Shown here one piece after another: positions 34,859 through 43,995 of a stretch of DNA of 64,000 bases. Below the pieces are notes generated by a model. The model was not told the origin of the DNA and did no database searches. It saw only the letters and a program-made list of their open reading frames with translations. Within the stretch, counting starts at the first letter, position 1, and each line of letters starts with the position of its first letter. The position numbers and the translations under genes were made by a program. This DNA comes from Thermoanaerobaculia bacterium (GTDB taxonomy: Bacteria; Acidobacteriota; Thermoanaerobaculia; UBA5066; Gp7-AA6): assembly GCA_040879385.1 (NCBI GenBank), contig JBBDKM010000029.1, positions 27,661-91,660 on the forward strand, given 5' to 3'.

Positions 34859-36451
34859 ATGGCAGAGAAGCGCGACGTCGTCGTCATCGGCGCCGGCCCC
34901 AACGGCCTGACCGCGGCCGCCTACCTCGCCAAGGCGGGCTTCAGGCCGGTCGTCCTCGAGCGGCGCGACGTGGTCGGCGGGCTCGCCGTGACCGAAGAGT
35001 TCGCGCCGGGCTTCCGGGTCTCTTCGGTTCTCCACGCGGCCGGACCGTTCCTCCCCGCGATCGCGCGGGACCTGGACCTTACCCGGCACGGGCTCTCCCT
35101 CCTCCAGCCGGACGTGCGGGTCTTTGCGCCCGCGCCGGATGGACGGGCCATCCTGCTGTACGGCGACGCGGCGAAGACCGCCCGCGAGCTCGAGAAGACT
35201 TCTCCCCACGACGCGAAGGGCTACATCGCCTTTCACGAGAGCCTCGGCCGGATCGGCAAGGTGCTCCAGCCCCTCGTGACGATGACGCCGCCCTCGATCG
35301 ACGATCCTGGCCTGGGCGCGATCTGGGACCTCCTCGGGGTCGGCCGCCGGTTCCGGGCGCTCCCGCGCCGCGACGCCTTCCGGCTGCTGCGCTGGGGCCC
35401 CATGGCCGTCGCCGACCTCGTGGCCGAGTTCTTCGAGACGGAGCTGCTCCGGGCGGTCGTCGCCGCGCGCGGCATCTTCGGAGCTTTCGCGGGCCCCTGG
35501 TCCGCCGGCACGAGCCTCGGCGTGATCCTCCAGGCGGCGACCGACTCGAACGCCGCCGGACCGGCCACGTTCGTGCGGGGCGGAATGGGCGCGCTCACAC
35601 AGGCGCTCGCCACGGCGGCGCGGGGCTTCGGCGCGGAAATCCGCACGGGCGTAACCGTCGCGCGGATCGCTACCAAAGACGGCGCGGCCACGGGCGTCGT
35701 TCTCTCGACCGGCGAGGAAATCCCGGCGCGCGCCGTCGTCTCGAACGCCGACCCCAAGCGCACGCTCCTCGGCCTCGTCGATCCGATCGATCTCGATCCG
35801 GACTTCATCCAGAAGATCCGGAACTTCCGCGCGATGGGGGCCGTCGCCAAGGTGAACCTGGCCCTCTCGGGCCTCCCGGAGTTTCCGGCGGCGAAGGCGG
35901 TCGGCGCCGACGCGAAGAACGTCCTGTCGGGGCGCATCCACATCGGCCCGGACATCGACTACCTCGAGCGCGCCTACGACGCTGCCAAGTACGGCGACTT
36001 CTCGCCGCACCCCTACTGCGACGTCACGATCCCGACGATCACGGACCCCTCGCTCGCCCCCGCCGGCAAGCACGTCCTGTCGGTCGTCGCCCAGTTCGCT
36101 CCTTACAAGTTGAAGGGCGACTGGAAGGGCAGGCGGGAGGCTCTCGGCGACGCCGTCGTGGATGCCATAGCCGCCTACTCCCCGGGCCTCAAAGGACTCG
36201 TCACCGGCCGTCAGGTCCTGACGCCTCTCGATCTCGAGGAGACGTACGGCGCGACCGGCGGCCACATCTTCCACGGCGAGCCTGCCCTCGACCAGCTCTT
36301 CACGATGCGCCCGCTCCTCAACTGGGCCCAGTACCGCACCCCCGTCCGCGGCCTCTACCTCTGCGGCTCGGGCACGCACCCGGGCGGCGGGGTCACCGGC
36401 GCGCCGGGGTTCAACGCGAGCCGGGAGATCGCAAAGGACCTGAAACGCTGA
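34859..36451 (+). CDS. FAD-dependent oxidoreductase, phytoene-desaturase (CrtI) superfamily, paralogue of the preceding gene
   Basis: MAEKRDVVVIGAGPNGLTAAAYLAKAGFRPVVLERRDVVGGLAVTEE...; C-terminal LYLCGSGTHPGGGVTG. Also 530 aa and collinear with 33259..34851. Confidence 0.9.
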   Translation: MAEKRDVVVIGAGPNGLTAAAYLAKAGFRPVVLERRDVVGGLAVTEEFAPGFRVSSVLHAAGPFLPAIARDLDLTRHGLSLLQPDVRVFAPAPDGRAILLYGDAAKTARELEKTSPHDAKGYIAFHESLGRIGKVLQPLVTMTPPSIDDPGLGAIWDLLGVGRRFRALPRRDAFRLLRWGPMAVADLVAEFFETELLRAVVAARGIFGAFAGPWSAGTSLGVILQAATDSNAAGPATFVRGGMGALTQALATAARGFGAEIRTGVTVARIATKDGAATGVVLSTGEEIPARAVVSNADPKRTLLGLVDPIDLDPDFIQKIRNFRAMGAVAKVNLALSGLPEFPAAKAVGADAKNVLSGRIHIGPDIDYLERAYDAAKYGDFSPHPYCDVTIPTITDPSLAPAGKHVLSVVAQFAPYKLKGDWKGRREALGDAVVDAIAAYSPGLKGLVTGRQVLTPLDLEETYGATGGHIFHGEPALDQLFTMRPLLNWAQYRTPVRGLYLCGSGTHPGGGVTGAPGFNASREIAKDLKR

Positions 36452-36487
36452 TCGTCCGTAGCCCTATCGGATTCGCTTCAGGAACCC

Positions 36488-38056
36488 TTACGGCGCGGCG
36501 ACGGTCCTCCAGTTTCCGCTGGCCTGGAGCTCGAGCCGCTTCTTCGCGCGCGCGTCGGCGATGAGCAGGTCGCGGAGTCTGCCCGTCTCGCGGAGGCGCT
36601 CGGCGCGCTTCCACATCCCGTACCCGCCTCCGCCGCCGGCGCGGTAGGAGTTCAGCGCGACCGTGAAGGTGTCCGTGTCGGCAATCGCGCGGCCGCCTCG
36701 GGACAGCGACACCACCCGCTGTCCCCTTTGCCGCCGCGGGTCGATCGTGTACTCGGCCCCCTCGAGCGTGTCGCAGCTGCGCAGGCGCTCGGTCGGGTCG
36801 GCAATGCATTCGGCCGAGCGTTCGAGGGCCGCGCGGACTTCCCGCCCGGTGGCCTTCAGGGTGACGAGGCTGTTCTCGTAGGGGTAGAACTGCCAGATCT
36901 GCCGGACCGTCAGCGGACCGGCCGGCCAGTCGGTGAACTGGACCGGCAGGAGCGTGCAGAACGAGAGCTCGGCGGCCCCTTCGCGAAGCTGCACGGCGTG
37001 GAGCCAGTCGAGGAGCGCCGAGTCTTCGAATCGAACGCGGCGCGCCGAGACCGGAGAGGCCAGGTCGGCGACTTTCTCGGCCAGAACGCGCATCGCCGCC
37101 CCGTGCTCGACGGCGACGGAGGCCACGATCTCCGGATCCGGCAGGATCCTCTTCATCGGGAGGTTCCGGCCCCGAACGTCGGCCAGCTTCCACGCCTCGC
37201 CGTTCTTGACGAGACTGAGGTCGTAGCGCGTCAGCGTGTTTCCCCAGCGGCCGGGTTGCGAGACCCACGCGCCTCCGAGCCGCTGCGGGTTGACGATCGT
37301 GTGCGCGTGACCGGTCAACAGCAGGTCGATCCCGGGGACCTGGGTCGCCAGGGCATAGGCGCGGTTCTCTCCGGCGCCGCCCGAGTCCTTACCGGTCGCC
37401 GGGTCGCGCTCGAACCCCTGGTGCGTGATGACGACGACCAGGTCGCACCGCTCCTGTTCGCGCAGGACCGGCACCCAGCGGCGCGCGATCGCCACGGGCT
37501 CGGTGAAGCGCAGTTTCTCGAGCAGCGCCGGGCTGATCCAGTTTCCGACCTGGTTCGTGACGAGACCGAGGATGCCGACCCGCAGGCCGGCGATCTCGCG
37601 CACCACGTAGGGCGGAAACGGCGGGTCGCCGCTCGGGCCGAGCGTATTGGCGGAAAGCCAGGCGAACTTCGCCGCCTTCCGCGATTCCTCGAGGCGCCTT
37701 TTCCCGAAGTCGAACTCGTGATTCCCGATCGCCATCGCGTCGTAGCCGACGAGGTTCATCGCGCGCACGATCGGATCGCTGCCGTCCCCGGCGCGGCCCT
37801 CCAAAGCCAGGGTCTGTTCCGGCGCTCCCTGGATGGTGTCGCCCGAATCGAGCAGGAGTACGGCGTTGCCTTCGGCGCGAATCGCCTTCACGGCCGCCGC
37901 CACCCGCGCCAGCCCCTCGCCGAGGTCCCGATCGGCCAGCGCGTCGTGGGGATGGACGCGGCCGTGCAGGTCGGAGGTGTGGAGGATCGTCAGGGTGACG
38001 CCGGAGGCGAAATGCGCGCCCGCGACGAGAAGGAACGCGATGGCGAGGCGCCGCAT
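36488..38056 (-). CDS. bifunctional metallophosphatase/5'-nucleotidase (UshA-like), secreted
   Basis: Starts MRRLAIAFLLVAGAHFASG. Metallophosphatase motifs ILHTSDLHG, DSGDTIQG, GNHEFDFG, ITHQG, GHAH, followed by the 5'-nucleotidase C-terminal domain. Confidence 0.9.
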   Translation of the reverse strand: MRRLAIAFLLVAGAHFASGVTLTILHTSDLHGRVHPHDALADRDLGEGLARVAAAVKAIRAEGNAVLLLDSGDTIQGAPEQTLALEGRAGDGSDPIVRAMNLVGYDAMAIGNHEFDFGKRRLEESRKAAKFAWLSANTLGPSGDPPFPPYVVREIAGLRVGILGLVTNQVGNWISPALLEKLRFTEPVAIARRWVPVLREQERCDLVVVITHQGFERDPATGKDSGGAGENRAYALATQVPGIDLLLTGHAHTIVNPQRLGGAWVSQPGRWGNTLTRYDLSLVKNGEAWKLADVRGRNLPMKRILPDPEIVASVAVEHGAAMRVLAEKVADLASPVSARRVRFEDSALLDWLHAVQLREGAAELSFCTLLPVQFTDWPAGPLTVRQIWQFYPYENSLVTLKATGREVRAALERSAECIADPTERLRSCDTLEGAEYTIDPRRQRGQRVVSLSRGGRAIADTDTFTVALNSYRAGGGGGYGMWKRAERLRETGRLRDLLIADARAKKRLELQASGNWRTVAAP

Positions 38057-38063
38057 GAACCTG

Positions 38064-38079
38064 ATCCTACACATAGAAT
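38064..38079. promoter_or_regulatory. back-to-back -10 hexamers for divergent leaderless transcripts (5'-nucleotidase and nth)
   Basis: The intergenic region is 31 nt. TAGGAT (minus, 38069..38064) lies 7 nt from the ATG at 38056. TAGAAT (plus, 38074..38079) lies 8 nt from the ATG at 38088. Neither gene has a Shine-Dalgarno sequence. Confidence 0.45.
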
Positions 38080-38087
38080 GCCGGGCG

Positions 38088-38756
38088 ATGGCGAGGAGGC
38101 CGAAGGAGACCTTCGAGGACAAGAAGCGCCGGGCCACCGCCGTCTTCCGACGCTTGAAGGCGGCCTACCCCGACGCAAAATGCGCGCTCGACCACAGGAG
38201 CCCCCTCGAGCTCCTGGTCGCCACGATCCTCTCGGCGCAGTGCACCGACGTGCGGGTCAACATGGTCACGCCGTCCCTCTTCGCGAAGTACCGCACGGCG
38301 GCCGACTACGCGCGCTCGCCGCGGGGGGAGCTCGAGCGGGAGGTCCGCTCGACGGGATTCTTCAATTCCAAGGCGAAGAGCCTTCGGGCGGCGGGCGCCG
38401 CCATCGCGGCCGGGCACGGCGGGCAGGTACCGGACACGATGGAAGAGCTCGTCGCGCTCCCGGGGGTCGGGCGCAAGACCGCCAACGTGGTCCTCGGCAA
38501 CGCGTTCGGGAAGGACGAGGGCTTCGTCGTGGACACGCACGTGGGACGCCTGGCGCGGCGCCTCGGCTTGACGCGCGAGGTCGATCCCGTGAAAATCGAG
38601 CGGGACTTGAACGCCCTGGTCAAGAGGGGACGCCGCACGCTCGGCGCCCACCTGCTGATCGCGCACGGCCGGCAGATCTGTGTCGCCCGAAAGCCCCAGT
38701 GCTGGGAGTGCCCGGTCGAGAGGCTCTGCCCCAAAGTCGGCGTGCAGATCCCGTGA
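38088..38756 (+). CDS. nth: endonuclease III
   Basis: HhH-GPD (LVALPGVGRKTANVVLG, D at VVDTHV) and FeS cluster loop CVARKPQCWECPVERLC. The ATG lies 8 nt after TAGAAT. Confidence 0.95.
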   Translation: MARRPKETFEDKKRRATAVFRRLKAAYPDAKCALDHRSPLELLVATILSAQCTDVRVNMVTPSLFAKYRTAADYARSPRGELEREVRSTGFFNSKAKSLRAAGAAIAAGHGGQVPDTMEELVALPGVGRKTANVVLGNAFGKDEGFVVDTHVGRLARRLGLTREVDPVKIERDLNALVKRGRRTLGAHLLIAHGRQICVARKPQCWECPVERLCPKVGVQIP

Positions 38757-39061
38757 AAATACACGCCGGCGTTGCGGAAATCAGTTTTCCAGAGAGCCGG
38801 CGGAAAAGCCTGTCGATATCCCTGTGGAAAAGGGCCAAAAAACGCGGATACGGCGTTTTCGAAGCGAATTGCACCATCCGTTGTGCGACTGAATAAAGCT
38901 TTCTCTTTGAGTCACTTAGTGTGGATGCCCAAGGAGGTGTGCAGAGCGCGAAAGTCGCGAAAGCGCCGGCGGGCCTTTTTCCACACGTGCAACCGACTCA
39001 GACAACGAAACTTAACTGGCGCTGAAGACGGGTTTTACGCTTCCACGGCCGGCCGGCTCAC

Positions 39062-40630
39062 TCAGTTTCCGGGCCGATATTCGCCGTAAACCGCCTTCAG
39101 GGCCGTGACGATCTCGCCGAGCGTGGCGCGCTTCGAGACCGCCTCGATGAGCGCCGGCATGAGGTTGCGATCCTCGCGTGCGGCGCGCTCCACCGCCTCC
39201 AGCGCCTCGCGGCTTTCCCCGGCGTTGCGCGAGGCCCGAAACGCGCGCAGGCGCTCGACCTGCTCCGCTTCGAGGGCCGGATCGACCGACAGGATGGGCG
39301 GCGCCGCTTCCTGCTCCTCGCGGTAGGCATTCACGCCGACGATCCGCCGCTTGCCGTCCTCGACCTCGCGCTGGGCCGTGTAGGCGGCGTCCTCGATCTC
39401 CCGCTGGAAGAACCCCTGCTCGATGGCCGCGACCGCGCCGCCGAGCGCGTCGACCTTCTGGATCAGCGCGCGAGCCCGCTCCCGGATCTCCGCCGTCCAC
39501 GCTTCGACCAGGTGCGAGCCGCCGAGGGGATCGGCGACGTCCGCGACTCCGGTCTCGCTGGCGATGACCTGCTGGGTCCGCAGGGCGAGCCGCGCGGACT
39601 CTTCCGTCGGCAGGGCCAGGGCCTCGTCCCGCGCGTTGGTGTGGAGCGACTGGGTGCCTCCGAGGACCGCCGACAGCGCCTGCAGGGCGACGCGCACCAC
39701 GTTGACATCCGGCTGCTGCGCCGTGAGCGTCGAGCCGGCCGTCTGCGTGTGGAACCGCAGGCGCCAGGAGCGCGGGTCCCGCGCCCCGTATCGGTCGCGC
39801 GCGATCTCGGCCCAGAGGGCGCGGGCGGCGCGGAACTTGGCGACCTCCTCGAAGAAGTTCGCGTGCGCGTTGAAGAAGAACGACAGGCGCGGCGCGAAAT
39901 CGTCGATGGCGAGGCCGCGGGACAGGGCCGCCTCCACGTAGGCGATCGCGTTCGAGAGCGTGAAGGCGACCTCCTGCACGGCCGTCGAGCCGGCTTCGCG
40001 GATGTGGTAGCCGGAGATGGAGATCGTGTTCCAGCGGGGTACCTCGGCCGCGCAGAACGCAACGATGTCGATTGTGATCTTCAGCGACGGCCGGGGCGGG
40101 AAGACGTAGGTCCCGCGCGCGATGTACTCCTTGAGCAGGTCGTTCTGGACCGTCCCCGACAGCGCGCTCCAGGCGATCCCCCGCTCGCGAGCGACGGCGA
40201 GAAGAAGCGCGAGCAGGATCGAAGCCGTGGAGTTGATGGTCATCGACATCGAAACGCGCTCGAGCGGCAGGGACTCGGTCAGGGTCCGCATGTCGTCGAG
40301 CGTCGCGATCGCGACCCCCACCTTCCCGACTTCCCCGCGGGCCGCCGGGTCGTCCGAGTCGTAGCCCATCTGGGTCGGGAGGTCGAAGGCCACCGAAAGC
40401 CCCGTCTGCCCCTGCTCGAGGAGATACCGGTAGCGAATATTCGAGTCGCGCGCCGATCCGTACCCCGCGTACTGCCGCATGGTCCAGTAGCGGCTGCGGT
40501 ACATCTCCGGCGAGATACCCCGCAGAAACGGGAACTCGCCGGGAGGCGGGGCGCCGTAGAAGGACTCGATCGGGATTCCGGAAGAGGTCGTTTCGGGGAG
40601 GTTGGGGCGCTTTTCCTTCGATTCCTTCAC
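39062..40630 (-). CDS. methylmalonyl-CoA mutase family, catalytic (large/N-terminal) subunit without B12-binding domain
   Basis: [50 protein letters not shown]; 522 aa ending before any B12-binding module. GTG start. Confidence 0.93.
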   Translation of the reverse strand: MKESKEKRPNLPETTSSGIPIESFYGAPPPGEFPFLRGISPEMYRSRYWTMRQYAGYGSARDSNIRYRYLLEQGQTGLSVAFDLPTQMGYDSDDPAARGEVGKVGVAIATLDDMRTLTESLPLERVSMSMTINSTASILLALLLAVARERGIAWSALSGTVQNDLLKEYIARGTYVFPPRPSLKITIDIVAFCAAEVPRWNTISISGYHIREAGSTAVQEVAFTLSNAIAYVEAALSRGLAIDDFAPRLSFFFNAHANFFEEVAKFRAARALWAEIARDRYGARDPRSWRLRFHTQTAGSTLTAQQPDVNVVRVALQALSAVLGGTQSLHTNARDEALALPTEESARLALRTQQVIASETGVADVADPLGGSHLVEAWTAEIRERARALIQKVDALGGAVAAIEQGFFQREIEDAAYTAQREVEDGKRRIVGVNAYREEQEAAPPILSVDPALEAEQVERLRAFRASRNAGESREALEAVERAAREDRNLMPALIEAVSKRATLGEIVTALKAVYGEYRPGN

Positions 40631-40693
40631 GCCAGGATTCTTTCACGGGTCCCGGAGGCACCCGGGGCCGGATGCTAAAATCGGCGCGCGTCC

Positions 40694-42112
40694 ATGACCG
40701 ACCACTTCCGCGGAAGACTCGAGGTCTTCGGCCTTGCGGACCTTCTCCAATGGATGGAGCTGAACCGCCGGTCGGGGCGGTTGACCGTGACGCGCGGCCA
40801 CGACCGGCGGACCCTGGACTGGAAGGACGGCGAGATCGTCTACGTCTCGGGATCGCTGCCCCGCCACCGCCTCGGCGTCCACCTGCTCCGCAGCGGCGCC
40901 CTTTCCGCCGCGACCCTGTACGAGCTGCTCGCCCGCAACATGACGACCCAGGAGAACCTGACGCGGCTGATCCTCGAGATGGGGCACGACACGCTCGACG
41001 GCCTGTCGCTGCGCGTCGAGGAGCTGGCGCGCAAGCTTCTCTTCGAGATCTTCGAGTGGCGGGAGGCCAACTTCGAGTACGACCCGACGTACCGGGTGAC
41101 GCCGATCCTCCGCATCGGGTTGATGCTGCGCGGACAGGCGCTCGCATTTCAGGGAGTCAAGCAGCTCGACGACACGCACCGCCTCTCCCGCCGCGAGCGC
41201 CGCGAAACTTGGGAGGCGGCCGACGCCTGGGTCCTCCCCTTCCTTCCGGAGGGGATCGAGGAGCACTTCTGGGAAGCCCTCGAAAAGATCGAGGCGCCGC
41301 TCGACCCGCCCGAGGGGCGCGGCCACGCCATGCGGTTTCACGAGTTCGCGCGGCGCCTGCGCGAGCGCCTGATCAAGAACTACCTGATGCGGCCGGTGCA
41401 TCACGACACGGCCGCGCTTCTGGTGGAGCTTCTCAAGAAGACCCCGCTGGACCCACAGTCGATCGTCCCGGTGGCGGCCCTGGACCAATACCTGACGCTC
41501 GACCTGCTGATCCTCGCCAACTCGCTTTCCGTCGACCGCGAGAACTCCGTCGGCACCGCCCCGGAGGCCCTCGACCGCATCGGGCCGCGGGCCGCGACGG
41601 TCCTGATCGACCGGCTCTCGTCCGCCGATTTCCCCGCCCTGCCGCGCAACGACCCGGCCCCGCGCGCCGTGCGTCGGGCGAGCCTCGCCGCGGCGATCGC
41701 CGCCGGACGCTTCGCCGAGCGCTACGGGATCTCTCGCGAGCGCGGGTACACGCTGGGCCTCCTCCACTGCATCGGCTACTCGGATCTCTTCGAGATCGTG
41801 CGCGAGATGAACCTGCCCTCCGGGCCTTTCCGCGGCGCGGTTCTGGAGACCTACCGGCCGGCCGTAGGCCGTTCCCGCGCCGAGATCTGGGGACTCCCGC
41901 GGGACTTCGAGGCGGTCCTCTCCGACGACGGGACCGACCCGAGCGCGGCGGCCGCGGTCGTCCGCAAGGCGCGCTCGGCGATCCCCGCGTGCGCGATCGG
42001 GAGCCTGCCGGTCGAGGGAGCCGACGACTTGGAGTCCGACGAGCTGACGGGCGAGCTGAACATGCTTTTCGAGTACCTCGGCCTCCAGCCGGTCGGCGCC
42101 GCACGGGAATAA
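40694..42112 (+). CDS. DUF4388 (PATAN-like) domain protein with C-terminal HDOD-like domain
   Basis: N-terminus GRLEVFGLADLLQWMELNRRSGRLTV is the DUF4388 signature. The C-terminal half has an HDOD-like layout (…LGLLHCIGY…). Confidence 0.75.
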   Translation: MTDHFRGRLEVFGLADLLQWMELNRRSGRLTVTRGHDRRTLDWKDGEIVYVSGSLPRHRLGVHLLRSGALSAATLYELLARNMTTQENLTRLILEMGHDTLDGLSLRVEELARKLLFEIFEWREANFEYDPTYRVTPILRIGLMLRGQALAFQGVKQLDDTHRLSRRERRETWEAADAWVLPFLPEGIEEHFWEALEKIEAPLDPPEGRGHAMRFHEFARRLRERLIKNYLMRPVHHDTAALLVELLKKTPLDPQSIVPVAALDQYLTLDLLILANSLSVDRENSVGTAPEALDRIGPRAATVLIDRLSSADFPALPRNDPAPRAVRRASLAAAIAAGRFAERYGISRERGYTLGLLHCIGYSDLFEIVREMNLPSGPFRGAVLETYRPAVGRSRAEIWGLPRDFEAVLSDDGTDPSAAAAVVRKARSAIPACAIGSLPVEGADDLESDELTGELNMLFEYLGLQPVGAARE

Positions 42113-42245
42113 GACCCCGGCACACCCGCCTTCCTAACGATTTCCTCAGAAAGGGACGGTGCGGAATCCCGGCCCGCCCGGGCGCGTTCTCCGTGCCGTA
42201 CCGGGACCGGAAGCCCTGGACTCCGGCCCCCAGAAAGGACGAACG

Positions 42246-43877
42246 ATGCGATCGACGCGACTGGCGACCCTCCTGATTCTCGGCGCCGCGGCGGCGCTCG
42301 CCCAGGAGCCGGCCCCTTCCCTCCCGAGTTTCTCCGAGCGGGTCGAAGTCCGGGTCCTCGACCTGGACGTCGACGTCACCGACTCGAAAGGCCAGCCGGT
42401 CACGGACTTGAAGCGCGAGGACTTCAAGGTGAAGATCGGCAAGAAAACGGTCCCGATCGACTATTTCGCCCGGGTCGACCAGGGCACCATCCACGCGCCG
42501 GATCTCTCCTCCGCCTCGCCGGACCAGGTGCTGGCCACCTACCGGAAAGGCGACGAGGTCTTCGTGCCGCGCAACTTCATTCTGTACGTCGACCTCGGAT
42601 TCCTTTCCCCCGGCGTTCGCAACCGCAGCCTCGAGGCGCTCCGCGACTTCGTCACGCGGCTCGGCCCCGACGACGCGGCGCGCGTCGTCGTCTTCGACCG
42701 CTCCCCGAAGGTCCTGGCCGACTGGACGACGAGCAAGGAAACGGTGCTCTCCGCTCTCTCCTCCATCGAGTCGAAAGGCGTCGGCATGTCGCGGCTGCAG
42801 GCCGAGCGGCAGGCGCTGTCGCTGATCGATTCGAGCCCCCGGGGCCGCCGGGGGGGCACGCGCACGCAGATCGCCCGTCAGTACGGGGAGGAAGTCGGCC
42901 AGGAGATCGAGCGAATGCTCGCAAGTATGGAGCAGGAGCTCGTCACGCTCACGCCCCTGAACGGAAAGCGATCCTTCCTGTTCCTGTCGGGCGGCTTCGA
43001 GTATCAGCCCGGTTTCGTCATGTCCCAATACGCCGGCGGGGGCGCGGCTTCGCTGATCGCCTTCAACATCCGGAACGTCTCGGGCGCGGTCGGCGCTCTC
43101 ATCAAGCGCGCCAACGCGGACGAGATCACCTTCTACACGGTCGACGCGCTGGGCCTGACCGGCGAAGGCGGCAGCGCCTCCAACGACGATCCCCTGGGCA
43201 ACCGGCCCCTCGTCGGATTCCAGGCCCGCCAGGACAGGCAGAGCGGGCTGCAGGAGCTCGCCGTCGAGACGGGCGGGCTGGCGCTTCTGAACACGAACGA
43301 CTTCGACCGGGGCCTCTCCAGGGTCTACCAGGCCGTGTCGACCTACTACACGCTCGGCATGACTCTCGCCAAGCTCGACTCGACGTCCTACGAGGACGTG
43401 CGGGTGGCCGTGAACCGACCCGGCGCGGTCGTGCGGGCGCGGCGGGGATTCCAGGCGCGGCCCGAGGCCGACCTCGTGCGCGACCGGGCGCTGGCGACTA
43501 TGGAGACCGACCTGTCGTACAGGGCGATCCCGGTGACGCTCCAGATGGCGCCGCCGACTCCAGACAAGAAGCTATACAGCCTCCCGATCACCGTGACCAT
43601 CCCGGCTTCGGCCCTCACGTTCACCCCTGAGGGCGAGCGCGCGTCCGCGCGTGCGGACATCTTCATCGGCTCGGTCGACGACAAGGGCCGGCGGAGCGAC
43701 ATCACCCGCCAGGAAGCGACCTTCCAGCTCCCAGCGGACGAGGCCGCGGGCAACGCGCCGCTCCAGTTCAACGCCAGGCTGATGACGAAGAAGGGCAACT
43801 ACCGGATCGTGGTCAACGTGCGCGACAGCGCCACGGGCAAGATGGGAACGGCACGCGCGAACGTCCGGGTCGAATAG
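42246..43877 (+). CDS. VWA domain-containing secreted protein (VWFA-related acidobacterial-type)
   Basis: Starts MRSTRLATLLILGAAAALA (signal peptide). FSERVEVRVLDLDVDVTDSKGQPVTDLKREDFKV is the typical N-terminal block of that family as I remember it. RBS AAAGGA. Confidence 0.82.
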   Translation: MRSTRLATLLILGAAAALAQEPAPSLPSFSERVEVRVLDLDVDVTDSKGQPVTDLKREDFKVKIGKKTVPIDYFARVDQGTIHAPDLSSASPDQVLATYRKGDEVFVPRNFILYVDLGFLSPGVRNRSLEALRDFVTRLGPDDAARVVVFDRSPKVLADWTTSKETVLSALSSIESKGVGMSRLQAERQALSLIDSSPRGRRGGTRTQIARQYGEEVGQEIERMLASMEQELVTLTPLNGKRSFLFLSGGFEYQPGFVMSQYAGGGAASLIAFNIRNVSGAVGALIKRANADEITFYTVDALGLTGEGGSASNDDPLGNRPLVGFQARQDRQSGLQELAVETGGLALLNTNDFDRGLSRVYQAVSTYYTLGMTLAKLDSTSYEDVRVAVNRPGAVVRARRGFQARPEADLVRDRALATMETDLSYRAIPVTLQMAPPTPDKKLYSLPITVTIPASALTFTPEGERASARADIFIGSVDDKGRRSDITRQEATFQLPADEAAGNAPLQFNARLMTKKGNYRIVVNVRDSATGKMGTARANVRVE

Positions 43878-43995
43878 CTCGGGCTACGCAGGACTTGCAA
43901 GCCGAGCGGAGCGAGTTAAGCTGCGGCTGCCTGCGAGTCAGGTCTTTCGCCTCGCGGCACCCAGGCCGCCGACAGCTTCAACTCGCGGAGCCGTC

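Noticed and set aside
38772-39089. 105-aa ORF, and an internal 54-codon basic ORF MPKEVCRARKSRKRRR..., in the nth-mutase spacer.
   Set aside because: It overlaps the mutase 3' end, has poor third-position GC bias and resembles no family. The region is treated as non-coding or structured instead.
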